A DNA stretch of 64,000 nt from Gemmatimonadota bacterium (GTDB lineage: Bacteria; Gemmatimonadota; Gemmatimonadetes; Palauibacterales; Palauibacteraceae). This document shows, piece after piece, positions 1 through 9,959 of this stretch (position 1 is its first letter; each line of letters opens with the position of its first letter). The notes under the pieces were generated by a model, which saw only the letters and a list, made by a program, of their open reading frames with translations, was not told the origin of the DNA and did not search any database. A program made the translations under genes and the position numbers. The stretch covers positions 26,626-90,625 of the forward strand of contig JBDHAC010000024.1 in NCBI GenBank assembly GCA_039588275.1, written 5' to 3'.

Positions 1-1800
1 GACATCCTGGCGAGGCTGGGATCGGGTGTCCCCATGAGCCGGGCCCGGGCCGAGGTCGGATTGCTCGCCCAGAGGTCGTTCGACGCTTATCCGGAGTTCT
101 ACGCCGAGCACGGGTATCGAATCCGGCTCCAGACGTTGCGCGACCAGACGGTGGGCGAGAGCGGGACACCCCTGTTGATCATCCTCGGCGCCGCGCTCTT
201 CCTTCTCCTCGCCGCCTGCGTGACGGTGGCCAACCTCGTGCTGGCGCGAGGCGAGACGAGGAAGCGAGAGGTGGCGGTTCGAACCGCCCTCGGCGCTCCG
301 CGTATGAGGCTCACCGGCCAGCTCCTGACCGAGCACATGCTGCTGGCGGTCGTCGGCGGGTTGGGGGGCGTCGCCCTCGCCTTCTTCGGGGTGCGCGCGC
401 TGATCGCGGCCGATCCGGGCTGGATCCCGCGTTTGTGGGAGGTCGGCCTCGACGCCCGGACATTGGGCTTCTCGTTCCTCCTCGTGCTGACGACCGGGTT
501 GGCCTTTGGCCTGGCTCCCGCGCTCAAGATGGCGAGGGCGGATATCTCCGAGTGCCTGAAAGAGGGTGTTCGATCGGGCGCGGGCAGCGGGTCGTCCCAC
601 AGGTTGCGGCGAACCCTCGTCGTGACGCAGGTGGCCTTCGCGGTTGTGCTCGCGACCGGGGTCGCGATCATGGTGCAGACAGTGAGGAACCTGTACCGGG
701 TCGACCTGGGTTTTCGTCCCGACCACGTGCTCACGATGCGTCTCGTTCCCTCGTTCGAGACCTACGGGACGGCACCCGCGCGGGTACGCTTCTACGAGGA
801 CGCGCTCCGTCGGGTCCGGATACTCCCGGGTGTGACCGAAGCGGCAGCCGTGAGCGCCCTCCCGCTCGCCGGTGAGGGAGCGTCCAATTGGTCGTACCTG
901 ATCGCCGAGCAGCCGGATCTGAGCATCGGCGACGCACCATTCGCTCCGATCGAGCAGGTCACACCGGGTTATCTGGACGCGCTGGGACTCACGCTGGTGC
1001 GGGGCCGGTTCTTCAACGAGCGAGATGGCCCCGCTAGCCCCGCCGTCGCGGTCATCAACGAAGCCATGGCGCGCACCCACTGGTCTGAGGAGGACCCGCT
1101 CGGCAAACGAATAAAAGTCTTCGATCCGGGCTGGCCGTGGATGGAGGTGGTGGGCGTCGTGAAGGACGTGAGAGGCGCGGGCTTGGATCGCGAAGCTCGC
1201 CCGCTGGTTTACGTACCGCATGCGCAGGGACACGCGACGGCGTATCTGTCGCACCTCTCCCTCGCGCTGGCGGTGAAGACTGAGGGAGATCCCACCGCGC
1301 TCGCCGGCCCCATTCGAGACGCCGTATGGGGCCTCGACGCCGACGTTCCGATACCCGATGTGGCGACCATGGGCGAGCTGATCGCGGCATCAGTGGCCGA
1401 TCGGCGCTTCACGATGCTGCTGCTGTCCGGCTTCGGACTCGTAGCCCTGTTCCTGGCATCGGTGGGCGTGTACGGGGTGATCTCGTTCGTGGTATCCCAG
1501 CGCACACACGAGATCGGCATTCGGATGGCGCTGGGGGCCCGAGGGGCGCGCATCCTCCGTCAGGTCGTGGGAGAGGGATTGCTCCTCGCGCTGCTGGGCG
1601 TCACGCTCGGTCTGGTCGGCGCACTGTTCGTCTCCCGCGTCTTCCAGCCGCTCGTGTTCGGCGTCGCGGTCGACGACCCCATCACCTACCTCGGAGTCGC
1701 GGTGATGCTGATCCTGACGGCGGTGTGCGCGTCGTTCGCCCCGGCACTCCGGGCCGCCCGGCTCGATCCGCTCAGGGCGCTACGCGCCAACGCGGAATAG
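1..1800 (+). CDS. ABC transporter permease, ADOP/MacB-FtsX duplicated type (5' end outside window)
   Basis: Two FtsX-like modules (ANLVLARGETRKREVAVRTALGA; VSQRTHEIGIRMALGA) flank a MacB-like periplasmic region; ends PALRAARLDPLRALR; frame is open from the window edge. Confidence 0.9.
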   Translation, partial: DILARLGSGVPMSRARAEVGLLAQRSFDAYPEFYAEHGYRIRLQTLRDQTVGESGTPLLIILGAALFLLLAACVTVANLVLARGETRKREVAVRTALGAPRMRLTGQLLTEHMLLAVVGGLGGVALAFFGVRALIAADPGWIPRLWEVGLDARTLGFSFLLVLTTGLAFGLAPALKMARADISECLKEGVRSGAGSGSSHRLRRTLVVTQVAFAVVLATGVAIMVQTVRNLYRVDLGFRPDHVLTMRLVPSFETYGTAPARVRFYEDALRRVRILPGVTEAAAVSALPLAGEGASNWSYLIAEQPDLSIGDAPFAPIEQVTPGYLDALGLTLVRGRFFNERDGPASPAVAVINEAMARTHWSEEDPLGKRIKVFDPGWPWMEVVGVVKDVRGAGLDREARPLVYVPHAQGHATAYLSHLSLALAVKTEGDPTALAGPIRDAVWGLDADVPIPDVATMGELIAASVADRRFTMLLLSGFGLVALFLASVGVYGVISFVVSQRTHEIGIRMALGARGARILRQVVGEGLLLALLGVTLGLVGALFVSRVFQPLVFGVAVDDPITYLGVAVMLILTAVCASFAPALRAARLDPLRALRANAE

Positions 1801-1867
1801 GACGGTCTCCAGGCGGTGTACGAGGCGGCCGGAGCCGCCCCCAAACGCGAACGGCTCAACCGCTCGG

Positions 1868-2068
1868 CTATCCCCCGCGTACGCGGAGCTGCACGTAGTC
1901 GTCGTCCACGCTCGAGCAGGGACACATTTCGACGCGATAGCGGATCTCCGCTCGGAGCAGCTCCAACGCGCTCCCGGCGCTCGCCCCCCGCATGCTGACC
2001 ATGGGGTCCGAACAGCTCGCCTCGTACTGGCCATCCTCGGTCGCCTCGACCTGCACGTCGTAGATCAT
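1868..2068 (-). CDS. Small hypothetical protein, HicB-N-terminal-like pattern with CPC motif
   Basis: 66 aa; GGAGG upstream of ATG; YDVQVEATEDGQYEASC...RGASAGSALELLRAEI resembles the HicB partial RNase H fold. Confidence 0.65.
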   Translation of the reverse strand: MIYDVQVEATEDGQYEASCSDPMVSMRGASAGSALELLRAEIRYRVEMCPCSSVDDDYVQLRVRGG

Positions 2069-2175
2069 GGGCCACCTCCCGGGGGCTCGATGCCCGGTCT
2101 CTCCTGAAGTTGTCGCTCGCTCGACTGGCGGGGCGACCCCGTTACTGGCTCAAGAGTTGGTCCAGATCGACGGGC

Positions 2176-3399
2176 TCAGCGAGCGATCTGAGCCCAGGGT
2201 CGAACCAGCAGTCTGCGGGATTGCCAGGCCAGACCGTTGCCGAGCGCCTCGTCGTAGTGGACCGAGACGGGTCCCGCGCCACCCTTCCAGATCGTCACGT
2301 TCCGCCCGATAACGGCGCCGAACACGTCGCTGTCGTTCTGGATCACGATGTCGTCGTCCGGCGCGTAGATGGCGGCCCAGGCGAGGGAGTTCTGGTCGAG
2401 GCTCCACAGGTTGAGGCTCGTACCGCACCCGTAGACCATCAGTTCGAGCGGAGACCCGTTGTCGTTGAGCGTACCCTGGTTCACCAGGGTGAGGCTCCCC
2501 TCGATGTGCATCGCGACCTCGGACCCGGGAATCGGGCCCAGATTCCCGTTGGTTTTCTTCACCACCACGTTGTTGAAGTAGTAGGTGCCGGTGGGAAGAT
2601 CGAGGTTCTTGTTGTCGACCGTCAGGTCGCCCGTAGTCTCGTTATAGCTGTACGGCCCCGGTGGCAGGTCGGCCGCCTTCGTGTAGCCCCCGGTCGGGCA
2701 ATGCACGGGCGGATAGGGGTGCGGTGGGGCCCCGCTGGACGTCCCCAGCGTGGCCGTGCCGCCCGTGGCGGTGGTCACCACGCCCGTCGCGGTCGCCCCC
2801 CCGTGCACCGTCGAGTTGTTCGTGATGTCGGCGTTTCCGTTGGCGTGGACGTGTCCCTCGTCATCGATGTTGGCGCCCCCGTACGGACCCAGCTTGGAGT
2901 CGTAGCTGTCGACGAGCGCGTCGTTGTCGATCTTCAGGTTACCTCGCGCTCCGACGGCCCTCCGGAACAGGTTGGCCCCCCGCGTGCTCCACAGCTCCAC
3001 AACCCGCTGTCCGCCCTTCACGCCCGGCCCACGCCCCTCGACCCGCAGTACTCGGAGTTGCTGCACGGAGCCGCTGTCGACCCGCGTGATAACGGCCCGG
3101 TATTGAAGACCATCAGGGAGCGATCTCCACCCCAGGTCCACGCTGTCGCCCGGCACTAGCGCGGCGGCGGCCGCGGGCCAGTTGGCCCACGTTTCGTTCG
3201 CGCCCGCCTGGGCGGCGAAATGGGCTCGTTCGCCTCCGGCTACGGCCCACGACGCCTCCCGATCCGAGAGCGACACCTGCACCGCGACGACGGCGATGAC
3301 GCTCATCACGACCAGCCCGAAAAGGACCGTGGCGAGGGCGAATCCCGCTTGAGGGTCTCTAGGGGGGGTGTGCCCTTTTCGTTCCCGGATACCCATCAC
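2176..3399 (-). CDS. PilX/GspK-like minor pilin with large beta-rich C-terminal domain
   Basis: Class III signal PQAG/FALATVLFGLVVMSVIAV lacking Glu5; AHFAAQAG; C-terminal AAIYAPDDDIVI..SDVFGAVIG..VHYDEAL. Confidence 0.8.
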   Translation of the reverse strand: MMGIRERKGHTPPRDPQAGFALATVLFGLVVMSVIAVVAVQVSLSDREASWAVAGGERAHFAAQAGANETWANWPAAAAALVPGDSVDLGWRSLPDGLQYRAVITRVDSGSVQQLRVLRVEGRGPGVKGGQRVVELWSTRGANLFRRAVGARGNLKIDNDALVDSYDSKLGPYGGANIDDEGHVHANGNADITNNSTVHGGATATGVVTTATGGTATLGTSSGAPPHPYPPVHCPTGGYTKAADLPPGPYSYNETTGDLTVDNKNLDLPTGTYYFNNVVVKKTNGNLGPIPGSEVAMHIEGSLTLVNQGTLNDNGSPLELMVYGCGTSLNLWSLDQNSLAWAAIYAPDDDIVIQNDSDVFGAVIGRNVTIWKGGAGPVSVHYDEALGNGLAWQSRRLLVRPWAQIAR

Positions 3400-3447
3400 A
3401 ACACCCTTTGGCTGTCTCTCTGATCGCCGGCGATCAGGTACGTACGA

Positions 3448-4302
3448 TCAGCCACGTACGTGAACTTTCATGCGGACGCTGTCCACCGGAGCGCCGTGGA
3501 CGGCGTCCACGCGTTTGGTGCTCTCGGCACGGAGGCGGAATTCTACCGACGACACCTGGCTGGGCACCGCCGTCGGTAAACCCGCCGCGTCGAAGTACCT
3601 GAGCTGGAGTCCCGTCGAATCGGGCATCGGACCCGCGAGGGGCTCCCACCCGAGGCCGCCTACGTTCCGCCCCAGCCACCAGCGCCCGTTCCAACGGAAG
3701 GGACCGTACTGCACGCCTCGGAACAGGCGAACCGCGGCTCCGACTCGAATGCCCACCGTGTCGGCTGGCGACGCGACGTCTACGTGGAGCCTGCGGGCGA
3801 TCACCGGTGGCGATGGCCAGTCGCAGATGGCACCGCCCGGGGGCGCAAGCGTCTTCAGCGCGACCGTCGTCCACCGGTCATCCAGTTGACCTACCGTACC
3901 GGCCGCGAAGATGAGCACGCTGTCAGCACCCAAGGAGACGCCGCCTTCCGTGCGGACCAGCCCGTACCAGCCACCGGGGTCCTTCGTACAGATGAGAGCG
4001 GTTCCCTGATAGGATCGGAGCGTGATCGAGTTCGGCCCGATCGCGTACAGATCGCCGCCCGCCGGGGACGTGTACCGCAGGTTCCAACCGAGCAGCGCCG
4101 CGCTGGAGCGCAGCGTTCCGTGCACATCACCCAACTCCCGTACCCTGCTATAGCCTTGGTTCTGAACCACCATGACCGTATACAGGCCGGCGGTGAGGAT
4201 TCCCGTGACGACAAGGGCGATCAGCAGCTCGACGAGCGTGAAGCCCCTCGAGGGCTCGGGTGCGGAGCGCGAGCGCCGGGCGGTAGTTCGAGGGCGGATC
4301 AT
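3448..4302 (-). CDS. PilW/GspJ-like prepilin
   Basis: RG/FTLVELLIALVVTGILTAGLY N-methylation motif; GLQLRYFDAAG near the C-terminus. Confidence 0.85.
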   Translation of the reverse strand: MIRPRTTARRSRSAPEPSRGFTLVELLIALVVTGILTAGLYTVMVVQNQGYSRVRELGDVHGTLRSSAALLGWNLRYTSPAGGDLYAIGPNSITLRSYQGTALICTKDPGGWYGLVRTEGGVSLGADSVLIFAAGTVGQLDDRWTTVALKTLAPPGGAICDWPSPPVIARRLHVDVASPADTVGIRVGAAVRLFRGVQYGPFRWNGRWWLGRNVGGLGWEPLAGPMPDSTGLQLRYFDAAGLPTAVPSQVSSVEFRLRAESTKRVDAVHGAPVDSVRMKVHVRG

Positions 4303-4715
4303 GGTGTCGGATTCGACAGGTAGAGGGTCAGCGTGTCCTCGACCGTGCTCGTGGCCAGGGCCCCCAGACGTTGGACCACGAGGTCGACCCTGTCGAGGTT
4401 GGCCGAAACGGTCGTCACGTTCCAGGCGATCTTGTGATGTGTGTGCGATTCCGCCCCGTTCGTCACGGCTCCCCAGCCGGTCACCTGAAGGCTGTCGGAT
4501 ATACGAGTGACATCCGACAGGACCTGAAGATCGCGCGCGCTCAGTGCGGCGCGCTTGAGCGACTGTCCGGCCGCCGCACCCAGTGCCAGCAAGGCGACGG
4601 TGAGCAAGACAACCGCGGCTAGCACCTCGAGCAGCGTGAAGCCAGCCTGCCGTCGAACCGGGTTCCCTCGATGGGGACCCGGACGCCTCCCGTGAGCACG
4701 TCGCATCTTGCTCAT
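4299..4715 (-). CDS. PilV/GspI-like prepilin
   Basis: QAG/FTLLEVLAAVVLLTVALLALG; ATG at 4715 overlaps the upstream stop (ATGA), and its own stop overlaps the next ATG. Confidence 0.85.
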   Translation of the reverse strand: MSKMRRAHGRRPGPHRGNPVRRQAGFTLLEVLAAVVLLTVALLALGAAAGQSLKRAALSARDLQVLSDVTRISDSLQVTGWGAVTNGAESHTHHKIAWNVTTVSANLDRVDLVVQRLGALATSTVEDTLTLYLSNPTP

Positions 4716-5203
4716 CGCAAGACGTTCCCCGCGGCGGTGATCCTGATCGTGTCGGCGTGATGACCGGATGTGAAGACGATGACCGCCAGTCCGGAGCCGC
4801 ATGCCCCTCGGCTCGAGGCGGCGCCGCTGGCGTCGAAACAGATCATCGGTCGGCTGCTGGTCACGCGCACGCGCTTCTTTGCTGGGTATCGCGGGGACCC
4901 GATCGTGTCGGCCACACCTGTGCCCGCCGTGTCCACTTGGACCCAAAACCGGCCGGTCGAGGGGTCGATGTGAAGCTCGCTCAGCCGCCCGTACTTCGTG
5001 GCCATCGAGCGGGCGAAGCCGTGCGTGCTCACGAAATCATCAGCGGTAGTCCGCGTGGTGTACCGCCGATAGGCGTCCGAGACCCTGGGGGTCACGACGG
5101 CGATCGCGATCGCACCCACGACGAGCGCGATGACGATTTCGATGATGCTGAAGCCGCCGGCCGTCGCCGACGCCGCTCGCTGTTTGCTCACGCCCCGACT
5201 CAT
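4712..5203 (-). CDS. FimT/GspH-like prepilin
   Basis: GG/FSIIEIVIALVVGAIAIAVVTP; FARSMA; ICFDASG; ends IRITAAGNV. Confidence 0.85.
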   Translation of the reverse strand: MSRGVSKQRAASATAGGFSIIEIVIALVVGAIAIAVVTPRVSDAYRRYTTRTTADDFVSTHGFARSMATKYGRLSELHIDPSTGRFWVQVDTAGTGVADTIGSPRYPAKKRVRVTSSRPMICFDASGAASSRGACGSGLAVIVFTSGHHADTIRITAAGNVLR

Positions 5204-5243
5204 TCATCTTCGGTGAAACACCACGGAACGGCCCTCATATCCG

Positions 5244-5258
5244 GCAATTCCCCATCCT
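5244..5258 (-). promoter_or_regulatory. Possible sigma-54 (-24/-12) promoter for the pilin cassette
   Basis: Minus strand AGGATGGGGAATTGC has GG-N10-GC spacing with TTGC about 40 nt before the fimT-like ATG; the -24 box is a poor match. Confidence 0.3.
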
Positions 5259-5523
5259 GCGCGGCAGAACGACCTGCATCCTTGGCACCGAGCCAGGAGG
5301 TCCTTGCTAGATCTTGTGACGACAGTGGGTTACAGGCTCGGGGAGGGGGGGCTGAGGCCGGGCTGCCACACCCTGATGTGGCATTCTGAGAGACCGTAGC
5401 GCACAATCCGGACCCTTGTGCCGCGGTATGGTCCTATCGTGTCGGACGTGGTGATGCGAGGGTGGGGCTAGAATCCGAGAATCTACCGACGCTCGCGAAA
5501 CTAGCCCCGGAACGATTCGCTCC

Positions 5524-8500
5524 TCACCGGTCGGGCGGCTCAGGTGCCTCGGGGGCTTGTAGGAGGAGCTCGGCCTCCCGGCTCAGGGCCTCGTACATCT
5601 CTTGGAAGTAGGTCCATTGGCTCGCCTGCTCGCCGGTAAGCGGACCGACTATGTCTTCGGCCTCGCCCTCCAGCCGGCCAATCCGGCTCGCGAGCTCCCC
5701 TGTCTCGCGGCGGAGGACCTCGAGCACTTCGAGCGAGCGGTCGTCCATCTCCTCGTCCGTACCCTCCGTTTCAGCTTGGGCGTCTCGCAAGGCCCGCTGG
5801 ACTCGCCGGGATAGCGCGCGGGCATCACGCCTGAGCCCGGCGATCTCAAGGAGCATCGCTGTCCACGCAGCGCGCGCGTCGGGATCCACCTTGGCCGCGA
5901 TGCGCGGATCCTCGCGCACCTCGATGCTGCCCTCAGCGGTTTCGTCGAGAACGGTGACGCGGACCGTGTACGTCCCCGGGGCCACCAGTGGCCCTCGTCG
6001 CTCGAAGCCACCGAAGCCGCCGCCCGGTCCGCCGCCCGGCGGACCTCCATCCGAGTCCTGTTCGTCCTCCACTTCCGGCTCGGAATGACGTAGGTCCCAC
6101 ACGACCCGGTTGATGCCTGCGTGCCCCGTGCCGTCCAGACGAGCGACCTCTACCCCTGAGGCGCGCTGCACGATGATCGAGACCTCCTCGTCGTCCGGAA
6201 GCTCGGATGCGAGCCAGTAGTCGATGATCCCGCCGGCGGGGGGTTCTCACCGAAGAAGATCGCGTCGCCGCCGTGCCCTCCCTCACGCTGGTAGCGAATC
6301 TGTTCGGCCGGCTCCGTCGAGAAAACGCGCACGGTAGGGGTTTCGTCGCCATCGGCCGCAGGCACCGAGGTCCTCAGCTCCTGGAGCGCGTTCAGGTTGT
6401 CCAGTATCCAGATGCCGCGCCCGTGCGTGCCGAGAACGAGATCGTTGTCACGAGGGTGCACGACGAGGTCGTTGATGGCCATGGTGGGCAAGTCACCCGT
6501 GAGCTCGGCCCACGACCCCCCGCGGTTCGGAGAGTAGAACAGACCGAACTCCGTCCCCATGTAGAGGACGTCGGGGGTTCGCGGGTCCTCGCGCGCGGCA
6601 CGGGTTACGACTCCGGGGGGCAATCCGGCCGCGATCGAGCGCCAGGTCTCGCCGAAGTCTTCCGTGGCCCAGGCGTAGTTGGCGTAATCGTCGTTGCGGT
6701 AGTTGCTGGCCACGACGTACGCACGCCCGGCCTCGGCTCGAGAAACCTCGATCGTGTTCACCCACATCATGTCCGGGACGTCCGGTAGACGATCAGTCAC
6801 GTTGCTGAAGCTCGCGCCCGCATCGATCGAGACCAGCACCTGACCGTCGTCGGTGCCGATGTACAGCAAGCCCTCCTGCAACGGCGACTCCTCGATCGCG
6901 GTCAGGGTAGGCCAGTACGGGATGCCATCATCCAACGAGCGGATCGTATCGGTGGGCATCTGGCCCATGATGCTCAGCGTTCGCCTGTCCGCCCCGGTGG
7001 TCCAATCCCCGAGATCCTCCCAGTTCTGCCCCTGGTCGCGCGAGCGCCACAGGCGGCGCGTGCCCGCGTATATGGTGCGGTTGTCGTGCGGCGAGATGAT
7101 GAACGGTCCGTCCCAGTTGGCGGGCTCCATCGCGTTACCGAGGCGTTCGAACGGGTCGCTCAGGTCGGGCCACGTACGCCAATTGCGGCGCGCGCCGATC
7201 GCGCCTTCCGGGTCACCCGGCCGGATGTCGCTTCGCTCCCCCGTGGCCATGTCCACCCGCGACAGCCCCAGGTACTGCGTTTCGAGGTACAGGGTGCGGT
7301 TGTCGGTCGTGTCCACGACGTTGAGGAACCCGTCGCCCCCACCCCACTTGATCCAATCGTCGTGCCGTATGCCCTCGGCACGGTAGGTGGCCGATGGCCC
7401 CGCCCACGATCCGTTGTCCTGCAGGCCGCCGTATACCCAGAACGGCTTCTTCATGTCGGTGCGAACGCGGTACCACTGGCTGACGGGTAGATGCCTCGCG
7501 TACCACCACGTCACCCCGCGGTCGTACGAGATGCCGAGCCCCCCGTCGTCGGCCTTCATCACGTGGTCGGAGTCGTTCGGGTTCACCCACACCAGACGGT
7601 CATCGCCGTGCAGCGATTGGCGCGCGCGCTCGAAGGTCCGGCCCCCGTCGTCCGACCACGAGAACGTGTTCACCATGTAAATCCGTTGGTCATCGGACGG
7701 ATCCACGAGGATCTGCGAGGCGTACATCGGTCGGGGATTCCAGTCGCTCATGTACTCCCAGGTCTCCCCGTGGTCCTCGGAGCGGTAGACCCCTGCCAGT
7801 CGCTCCTCGTAGGCGGTGGAGGCGTTGTACCTGAGGCCCTGCTCGACGCTCACATAGACGATCCGAGGATCGGATCGGTAAATGGATACGCCTATGCGCC
7901 CGATCGTCCCTACAGGCAGGCCGTTTTCCAGTCCTGCGTTGGTGAGCTGATTCCACGTGTCGCCGCCATCGGTGGACTTCCACAGCGCGCTTCCGGGGCC
8001 TCCGCCGTGGAAACCCCAGGGTTGCCGACGGCGCTGGAACGTGGCCGCGTACATGACATCGTGATCCACGGGATCCATCGCCACGTCGACGGCGCCCGTG
8101 TCCTCGTCCACGAACAGGATCCGCTCCCAGGTCCCGCCGGCATCGACGGTCCGGTACGGCCCGCGCTCCTCGTTTGGCCCCCACAGGTGACCCATGGCCG
8201 CGACATAGGCCACGTTTCGGTCCGCCGGGTGAAGCACGATCCGGCCGATGTGGTGGGTGTCCTCGAGGCCCACGTGCGTCCACGTCTGTCCCCCGTCGTC
8301 GGAGCGCCACACGCCGTCCCCCCACGACGACGACTGGCGACTGGCCCGCTCGCCCATCCCGAGCCACACCCGCGCCGTGTCGACCTGGTGGACGGCCACG
8401 TCCCCGATCGAGTGAGTCGGGAGGTCATCGGTGATCGACTCGAACGTGATTCCGCGGGTAGTGGTCTTCCACAGCCCGCCCGTGGAGGACGCCACGTAGA

Positions 8501-8672
8501 ACACGTCGGGATCCACGTCCAGCACCTCGAGGTCCACGATTCGTCCGCTCATCGTCGAAGGCCCGATCGTGCGGAAGTCCAGGTGGGCGAAGGGATCGAA
8601 GTCCTGGCCGGCCAACGGAGCGACGAGTGCTCCCAGAGCGGCGAGCGAGACCAACGGGGTCAGGTGCTTCAT
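5524..8672 (-). pseudogene. BNR/VPS10-repeat (WD40/YVTN) glycosyl-hydrolase-like secreted protein, frameshifted at 6238-6243
   Basis: Signal peptide MKHLTPLVSLAALGALVAPLAG; FRTIGP..SGRI; many S/T-x-D-x-G-x-T-W Asp boxes; THGRGIWILD. The GENPP motif and the GINRVVWDLR C-terminus lie in different frames. Confidence 0.8.
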
Positions 8673-8840
8673 TTCGACGTCCAGATCAGGTGGCGTGGCA
8701 ACGGGCGAACGGACAAATGGAGCGGCGAAGATGGGACCTGGTTTCGCGCCCCTGCAAGCGTCTCGGCGAAAAGGGCGGATCGGGTATCTGCCCCGATCCG
8801 CCCTCGCCAGGCCCAACGGTGTTGGAGGTGTATTGAACGA

Positions 8841-9803
8841 TTACAGCGCGTCGAAGAACTGCTCCATGCGGGTGCGCGTCGCCGCATCCGGCATCCAACC
8901 GCGGGCCGCGCCAAGGTTGTCGACCATGTGGTGTGGCTTCGTCGTGCCTGGAATCGCGCACGTGATCGCCGGGTGCGAGACGACGTACTTGAGGAAGAAC
9001 TGCCCCCAGCTGTCACACCACTCCGAGGCCCAATCGGGCAGCTCCATATCCCCTACGGCCTGGAATAGCCGCCCACGCCCGTACGGCAGGTTGATCAGGG
9101 TCGCGATCCCCCTGTCCTGGCACATGGGGAGGATGCGCTGCGAGGACTCGCGGTCGCCGAGCGAGTAGTTGATCTGGACGAAGTCCAGCTCCTCGCTCGC
9201 GATCGTCTGTTCCATGCGCTCGAAAGCGCGCCTGCTGGACGACGTGACTCCGGCGTACCGAATCCGTCCCTCGGCCTTCCACTCACGGATGGTGGCGAGC
9301 TGCGTCGACGTGTCGCGTAGGTTGTGGACCTGCATGAGGTCCACCTGCTCCTGACGGAGCTTCTCGAACGATCCCTCCATGCGGGCGACCCCCTCGGCCA
9401 CCCCTTCACGGTCGACCTTCGTGGCCCAGAACAGGCCGTCGACCCTGGCGTCCCACGCACCATCGTCGCGGGCTCCGAGCTCTGCGATCAGGTCGCCGAG
9501 CACGGTCTCGGAGGTCCCGCGCCCGTACCCTGCCGCGGTGTCGATCACGGTGCCGCCATGCTCGACGAAGGCCTCGAGTGTCTCGCGGAACTGACCCATC
9601 ACCTCCGGCGTGGCGGATGTGTTGTAGTCTCGCGTCCCGATCCCGACGACCGGGATCTCCTCGCCGGTGGACGGGATCGGCTTCGTGACGACGTCGGAGG
9701 ATTGCGGGCGCAGGGTCCAGGCTCGCGCGGACCGGCGCCCAACGGCGAGATACGCTCCCGCACTCGCACCCAGCTTGAGCAATTCTCGACGTGTGAGCTT
9801 CAT
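8841..9803 (-). CDS. Aldo/keto reductase with Tat signal
   Basis: MKLTRRELLK; IGT, IDTAAGYG, ATK, VDLMQVHNL, QINYSL, AIPGTTKPHH motifs. Confidence 0.9.
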   Translation of the reverse strand: MKLTRRELLKLGASAGAYLAVGRRSARAWTLRPQSSDVVTKPIPSTGEEIPVVGIGTRDYNTSATPEVMGQFRETLEAFVEHGGTVIDTAAGYGRGTSETVLGDLIAELGARDDGAWDARVDGLFWATKVDREGVAEGVARMEGSFEKLRQEQVDLMQVHNLRDTSTQLATIREWKAEGRIRYAGVTSSSRRAFERMEQTIASEELDFVQINYSLGDRESSQRILPMCQDRGIATLINLPYGRGRLFQAVGDMELPDWASEWCDSWGQFFLKYVVSHPAITCAIPGTTKPHHMVDNLGAARGWMPDAATRTRMEQFFDAL

Positions 9804-9959
9804 GGCAGATCCCCGGAACATGGTTTTGCTGAGAGCGTCACTTCCTCTCTTGGGAACAGATGGGTGCGAGGCAACGTTGGGCGGCCCGCGAATTCCGGCA
9901 CCGCGCGGTCTGGCCCAACCACCGCACCGCAGCGCAGGGATCACCCGTACGGGAGTACC

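Noticed and set aside
1868..2175. HicAB toxin-antitoxin pair
   Set aside because: No HicA-like ORF in the flanking sequence.
5204..5523. c-di-GMP riboswitch upstream of the pilin cassette
   Set aside because: I could not find the GEMM-type conserved elements by eye. The GGGGCTAG/CTAGCCCC repeat (5464-5508) has a 29-nt loop and is unconvincing.
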